A DNA stretch of 20,457 bases from positions 6,743 to 27,199 of the forward strand of contig CAZPTF010000011.1 of assembly GCA_964589015.1 (NCBI GenBank), given 5' to 3'. Under the pieces are notes generated by a model, which was not told the origin of the DNA, ran no database searches, and saw nothing but the letters and a program-made list of their open reading frames with translations. Both the position numbers and the translations under genes were made by a program. Source of the DNA: an uncultured Anaerolineae bacterium. GTDB lineage: Bacteria; Chloroflexota; Anaerolineae; DAOTYC01. Shown piece after piece: positions 17,287-20,457 of the stretch; positions within the stretch are counted from its first letter, which is position 1, and each line of letters begins with the position of its first letter.

Positions 17287-17489
17287 TTTGTGAAATAGTG
17301 TCATTGTTACTTTACGTGATGTAGCCAACGCACTGAACGTGTCCACTGCTCAGTGTGTCGTATCCACCGCTACAGGGGGAGGGCTCTACATCTGGAAAAG
17401 GAATATGACCCAGCAATAGCCTCTTCTCATCCATTGTTCATGTGTACATGCATGCAGCGTTGAACCTTGTCAGATTTTCAGAAAAACCC

Positions 17490-17513
17490 AATACGACGTT
17501 CGTATTTTGTTCT
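17490..17513 (+). terminator. Terminator/attenuator-like hairpin in the SBP leader (AAUACGA-CGU-UCGUAUU followed by UUGUUCU)
   Basis: 7-bp stem, 3-nt loop and a U-rich tail, about 200 nt downstream of the consensus promoter. The stem is AU-rich, so it is weak. Confidence 0.3.
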
Positions 17514-17791
17514 GATGATTGAATGCAAGCGCTGACCTTTGATGCCGTCAGGCCACTCTCTGTAACGTGTCAACGTTGCCTCGTGTAATAATCTCATTGT
17601 TTTGGGGGCGTGCGTTTCGAGCGATCATGGTAACGGCTGGACCTTGTCCGTGACGCCGGTGCCGGTTATTCGATTTGTCGGAATCGCTGCAGAAGAATCG
17701 GTGTAGGATCGTAACAAGCGACGATGTGTGTGGCCCCTTTCACTGTGGGTGGAAGGTGAACAATTTATTCATTATGATAGGGAGGGTAAAC

Positions 17792-20008
17792 ATGAGGATC
17801 TTCCGGATAGTTGGGCTGTTGATCGTTGTTTCATTGCTCGTCGGTATGCTTGGCGTGGCTTCTGCCGCCGACCCTACGGTCAAGGTTGCGATTCTGGCTC
17901 CGATCACGGGAGACGTGGCCACGTTTGGGGCGTCGACCAAGAACGGTGCGGAGATGGCCTTCGAGGAGTGGAATGCCGCGGGCGCGAACATCGCGTGGGT
18001 AGTTGGCGACACCCGTTGTGACCCGCAAGAGGCGCGCAATGCGGCGAGCAAGGTGGTCGATCAGGACGGTGTGAAGTTTATCGTTGGGGCGGTGTGTTCC
18101 AGTGCGTCTATTCCCATTTCCGATGTAGCGAACCCGAAGGGAGTGCTGCAGATCAGTCCGACGTCCACGAACCCGCAGGTGACGTTGGACAAGGACGGGA
18201 ACGTCAAGCCATACACGTTCCGGGCGTGTTTCATCGACCCGTTCCAGGGGACGGTGGGTGCGCAGTTTGCGTTGAACACGTTGGGCGCGAAGAAGGCAGC
18301 AGTGCTCAAGGACGTGGGTAATGACTACGTGAAGGGGCTGGCGGAGTATTTCGAGGCGGCGTTCACGGCGGGTGGTGGTGAGGTTGTGTTGTCCGAGGCG
18401 TACACGAAGGAAGACACGGACTTTTCGGCGATTTTGTCGAAGGTGGCGAGTGAAGAGCCGGATGTGTTGTATCTGCCGGACTACTACAACAAGGTGAGTT
18501 TGATCGCGAAGCAGGCGAAGGAGAAAGGCATCAACGTGCCGATGGTTGGTGGCGATGGCTGGGATTCGCCGGACCTGGATGTCGAGGCGGTTGATGGCGG
18601 TTTCTTCACGAACCACTACTCGGCGGAAGATCCGCGGCCAGAGGTGCAGGAATTCGTTGCGAAGTACGAAGAGAAGTTTGGTGCGGTTCCAGATGCACTG
18701 GCGACGCTGGCATACGATGCGGCGAACATGTTGCTGAAAGCCATGGCTGCTGCCGGTAACAATGATCCGGCGGTGGTGAAGGATGCGTTGGCGGCGATCG
18801 AGTTCGACGGGGTCTCCGGTCACATCACGTTGGATGCGAATCACAACCCGATCAAGAGTGCTGTGATTTTGCAGGTCAAGGATGGAGCTGTTTCTTATAA
18901 GGAGACGGTGAGCCCGTCGGGTGCTGAGGCGACTGAGTTGGTCGTTTCGCCAGCGCTGGCAGAGCCGGCCAAGGTTGCGATTCTGGCTCCGATCACGGGA
19001 GACGTGGCCACGTTTGGGGCGTCGACCAAGAACGGTGCGGAGATGGCCTTCGAGGAGTGGAATGCCGCGGGCGCGAACATCGCGTGGGTAGTTGGCGACA
19101 CCCGTTGTGACCCGCAAGAGGCGCGCAATGCGGCGAGCAAGGTGGTCGATCAGGACGGTGTGAAGTTTATCGTTGGGGCGGTGTGTTCCAGTGCGTCTAT
19201 TCCCATTTCCGATGTAGCGAACCCGAAGGGAGTGCTGCAGATCAGTCCGACGTCCACGAACCCGCAGGTGACGTTGGACAAGGACGGGAACGTCAAGCCA
19301 TACACGTTCCGGGCGTGTTTCATCGACCCGTTCCAGGGGACGGTGGGTGCGCAGTTTGCGTTGAACACGTTGGGCGCGAAGAAGGCAGCAGTGCTCAAGG
19401 ACGTGGGTAATGACTACGTGAAGGGGCTGGCGGAGTATTTCGAGGCGGCGTTCACGGCGGGTGGTGGTGAGGTTGTGTTGTCCGAGGCGTACACGAAGGA
19501 AGACACGGACTTTTCGGCGATTTTGTCGAAGGTGGCGAGTGAAGAGCCGGATGTGTTGTATCTGCCGGACTACTACAACAAGGTGAGTTTGATCGCGAAG
19601 CAGGCGAAGGAGAAAGGCATCAACGTGCCGATGGTTGGTGGCGATGGCTGGGATTCGCCGGACCTGGATGTCGAGGCGGTTGATGGCGGTTTCTTCACGA
19701 ACCACTACTCGGCGGAAGATCCGCGGCCAGAGGTGCAGGAATTCGTTGCGAAGTACGAAGAGAAGTTTGGTGCGGTTCCAGATGCACTGGCGACGCTGGC
19801 ATACGATGCGGCGAACATGTTGCTGAAAGCCATGGCTGCTGCCGGTAACAATGATCCGGCGGTGGTGAAGGATGCGTTGGCGGCGATCGAGTTCGACGGG
19901 GTCTCCGGTCACATCACGTTGGATGCGAATCACAACCCGATCAAGAGTGCTGTGATTTTGCAGGTCAAGGATGGAGCTGTTTCTTACAAAGAGACAGTCA
20001 GTCCCTAA
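17792..20008 (+). CDS. Branched-chain amino acid ABC transporter substrate-binding protein (LivJ/LivK-type, type I PBP), internally tandem-duplicated to give two complete SBP domains
   Basis: ATG at 17792 with GGAGGG 5 nt upstream. Signal peptide MRIFRIVGLLIVVSLLVGMLGVASA. The Leu/Ile/Val-binding protein fold appears twice (KVAILAPITGD...VGDTRCDP...VGAVCSS...). The second copy is joined through an 18-aa linker SGAEATELVVSPALAEPA. The stop is at 20006-20008. Confidence 0.85.
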   Translation: MRIFRIVGLLIVVSLLVGMLGVASAADPTVKVAILAPITGDVATFGASTKNGAEMAFEEWNAAGANIAWVVGDTRCDPQEARNAASKVVDQDGVKFIVGAVCSSASIPISDVANPKGVLQISPTSTNPQVTLDKDGNVKPYTFRACFIDPFQGTVGAQFALNTLGAKKAAVLKDVGNDYVKGLAEYFEAAFTAGGGEVVLSEAYTKEDTDFSAILSKVASEEPDVLYLPDYYNKVSLIAKQAKEKGINVPMVGGDGWDSPDLDVEAVDGGFFTNHYSAEDPRPEVQEFVAKYEEKFGAVPDALATLAYDAANMLLKAMAAAGNNDPAVVKDALAAIEFDGVSGHITLDANHNPIKSAVILQVKDGAVSYKETVSPSGAEATELVVSPALAEPAKVAILAPITGDVATFGASTKNGAEMAFEEWNAAGANIAWVVGDTRCDPQEARNAASKVVDQDGVKFIVGAVCSSASIPISDVANPKGVLQISPTSTNPQVTLDKDGNVKPYTFRACFIDPFQGTVGAQFALNTLGAKKAAVLKDVGNDYVKGLAEYFEAAFTAGGGEVVLSEAYTKEDTDFSAILSKVASEEPDVLYLPDYYNKVSLIAKQAKEKGINVPMVGGDGWDSPDLDVEAVDGGFFTNHYSAEDPRPEVQEFVAKYEEKFGAVPDALATLAYDAANMLLKAMAAAGNNDPAVVKDALAAIEFDGVSGHITLDANHNPIKSAVILQVKDGAVSYKETVSP
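17881..19986 (+). repeat. Direct tandem repeat, unit 1,089 bp (in-frame, 363 codons). Copy 1 17881-18897 and copy 2 18970-19986 appear 100% identical (~1,017 bp)
   Basis: Visual base-by-base comparison. Identical sub-ORFs offset by exactly 1,089 bp in the ORF track agree: 18094/19183, 18061/19150 and 18546/19635. Identity breaks at 17880/18969 and at 18898/19987. Confidence 0.85.
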
Positions 20009-20022
20009 GAGTTTTTCTACCA

Positions 20023-20062
20023 GGGGGGCAGCTAATCCCAGCTGCCCCCTCTGGCTTTGTGT
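20023..20062 (+). terminator. Rho-independent terminator/attenuator between the SBP gene and livH (GGGGGCAGCU-AAUCCC-AGCUGCCCCC then U-containing tail)
   Basis: 10-bp GC-rich stem (20024-20033 / 20040-20049), a 6-nt loop and the tail UCUGGCUUUGUGU. It sits 15 nt after the SBP stop. Confidence 0.5.
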
Positions 20063-20138
20063 AATCGACTGTGTGTGACAGATTGCCGGTCGGATGTGGC
20101 AACTTCTTCACATACTGAGCGTTGGAGGATAATGTTTT

Positions 20139-20457
20139 ATGAAAGGTTCTATTACAAAAGAACTCAGCCTGATAACGATTGTTGGCCGCGCCATTCTTAT
20201 CCTGCTGGCGGCGGTTTTTGCATACGTGATGGCTCGCGGGTTGCTGGACAACCCGGTTTTGTTTCTCCAGCAAGTCATCAACGGGTTCCAGTTGGGCTTT
20301 GTATACGCGCTGATCGCCCTTGGGTATACGATGGTCTATGGCATTGTCCGGTTGATCAACTTCGCGCACGGTGACATTTTCATGATCGGAGCCTTTGTAA
20401 GTTACTTTGCCATCAGCAACTATGGTGTGACGCAGCTCAAGCTGTTGGAGGTGATGG
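20139..20457 (+). CDS. livH: Branched-chain amino acid ABC transporter permease LivH (5' partial; runs off window)
   Basis: ATG at 20139 with GGAGG 10 nt upstream. The translation MKGSITKELSLITIVGRAILILLAAVFAYV...GFQLGFVYALIALGYTMVYGIVRLINFAHGDIFMIGAF matches the LivH N-terminal signature. The ORF is open to the window end. Confidence 0.85.
   Translation, partial: MKGSITKELSLITIVGRAILILLAAVFAYVMARGLLDNPVLFLQQVINGFQLGFVYALIALGYTMVYGIVRLINFAHGDIFMIGAFVSYFAISNYGVTQLKLLEVM

Noticed and set aside
17831-19933. 700-aa minus-strand ORF, extremely Arg-rich, spanning the duplicated SBP gene
   Set aside because: It is the antisense frame of a high-GC gene with strong plus-strand homology to LivJ/K. 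It is internally repeated only because the sense gene is duplicated. It has no RBS and a nonsense-like composition.
1-20457. Searched for tRNA/tmRNA/RNase P hallmarks (GGTTCGAATCC-type T-loops, conserved RNase P/SRP boxes), CRISPR repeats, IS terminal inverted repeats and integrase/transposase ORFs
   Set aside because: None found by eye. The only large repeat is the intragenic SBP duplication, which lacks mobile-element features.

Overview
This is a high-GC bacterial chromosomal segment with many GTG/TTG starts and a V4R-domain gene; it may be Chloroflexota-like, but I cannot assign it. Coding is dense and mostly on the minus strand. I call 16 protein-coding genes. On the minus strand: a DUF4013-like polytopic membrane protein carrying a C-terminal RNA-polymerase alpha-CTD-like HhH domain, in an operon with an AI-2E family transporter; a TIM-barrel sugar-phosphate isomerase/epimerase; a TlyA-type rRNA 2'-O-methyltransferase; a PfkB sugar kinase; a zinc-ribbon polytopic membrane protein; a multi-TM SPFH/band-7 protein with a proline-rich insertion; a tandem-GNAT acetyltransferase; a bacterial dynamin-like GTPase; UvrB, translationally coupled to an M20 metallopeptidase; a REC + degenerate GGDEF response regulator; and a V4R-domain protein. 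On the plus strand: a small P-loop NTPase, convergent with and overlapping the dynamin gene by 4 bp; a LivJ/LivK-type periplasmic binding protein; and the start of a LivH permease. The most striking sequence-level feature is an in-frame 1,089-bp tandem duplication inside the Liv-type binding-protein gene. By eye, about 1,017 bp are identical between the copies and the edges have diverged, so the gene encodes two complete binding-protein domains. I also see near-consensus sigma70 promoters driving the V4R operon and a roughly 500-nt leader ahead of the binding-protein gene. There are several hairpins and palindromes, and a roughly 700-bp GC-rich stretch with no convincing coding potential. I found no tRNA/rRNA, CRISPR array or obvious mobile element. 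Candidate unusual modules are the membrane-anchored alpha-CTD protein with AI-2E, the SPFH/zinc-ribbon/dynamin-like membrane cluster, and the degenerate-GGDEF/V4R pair.
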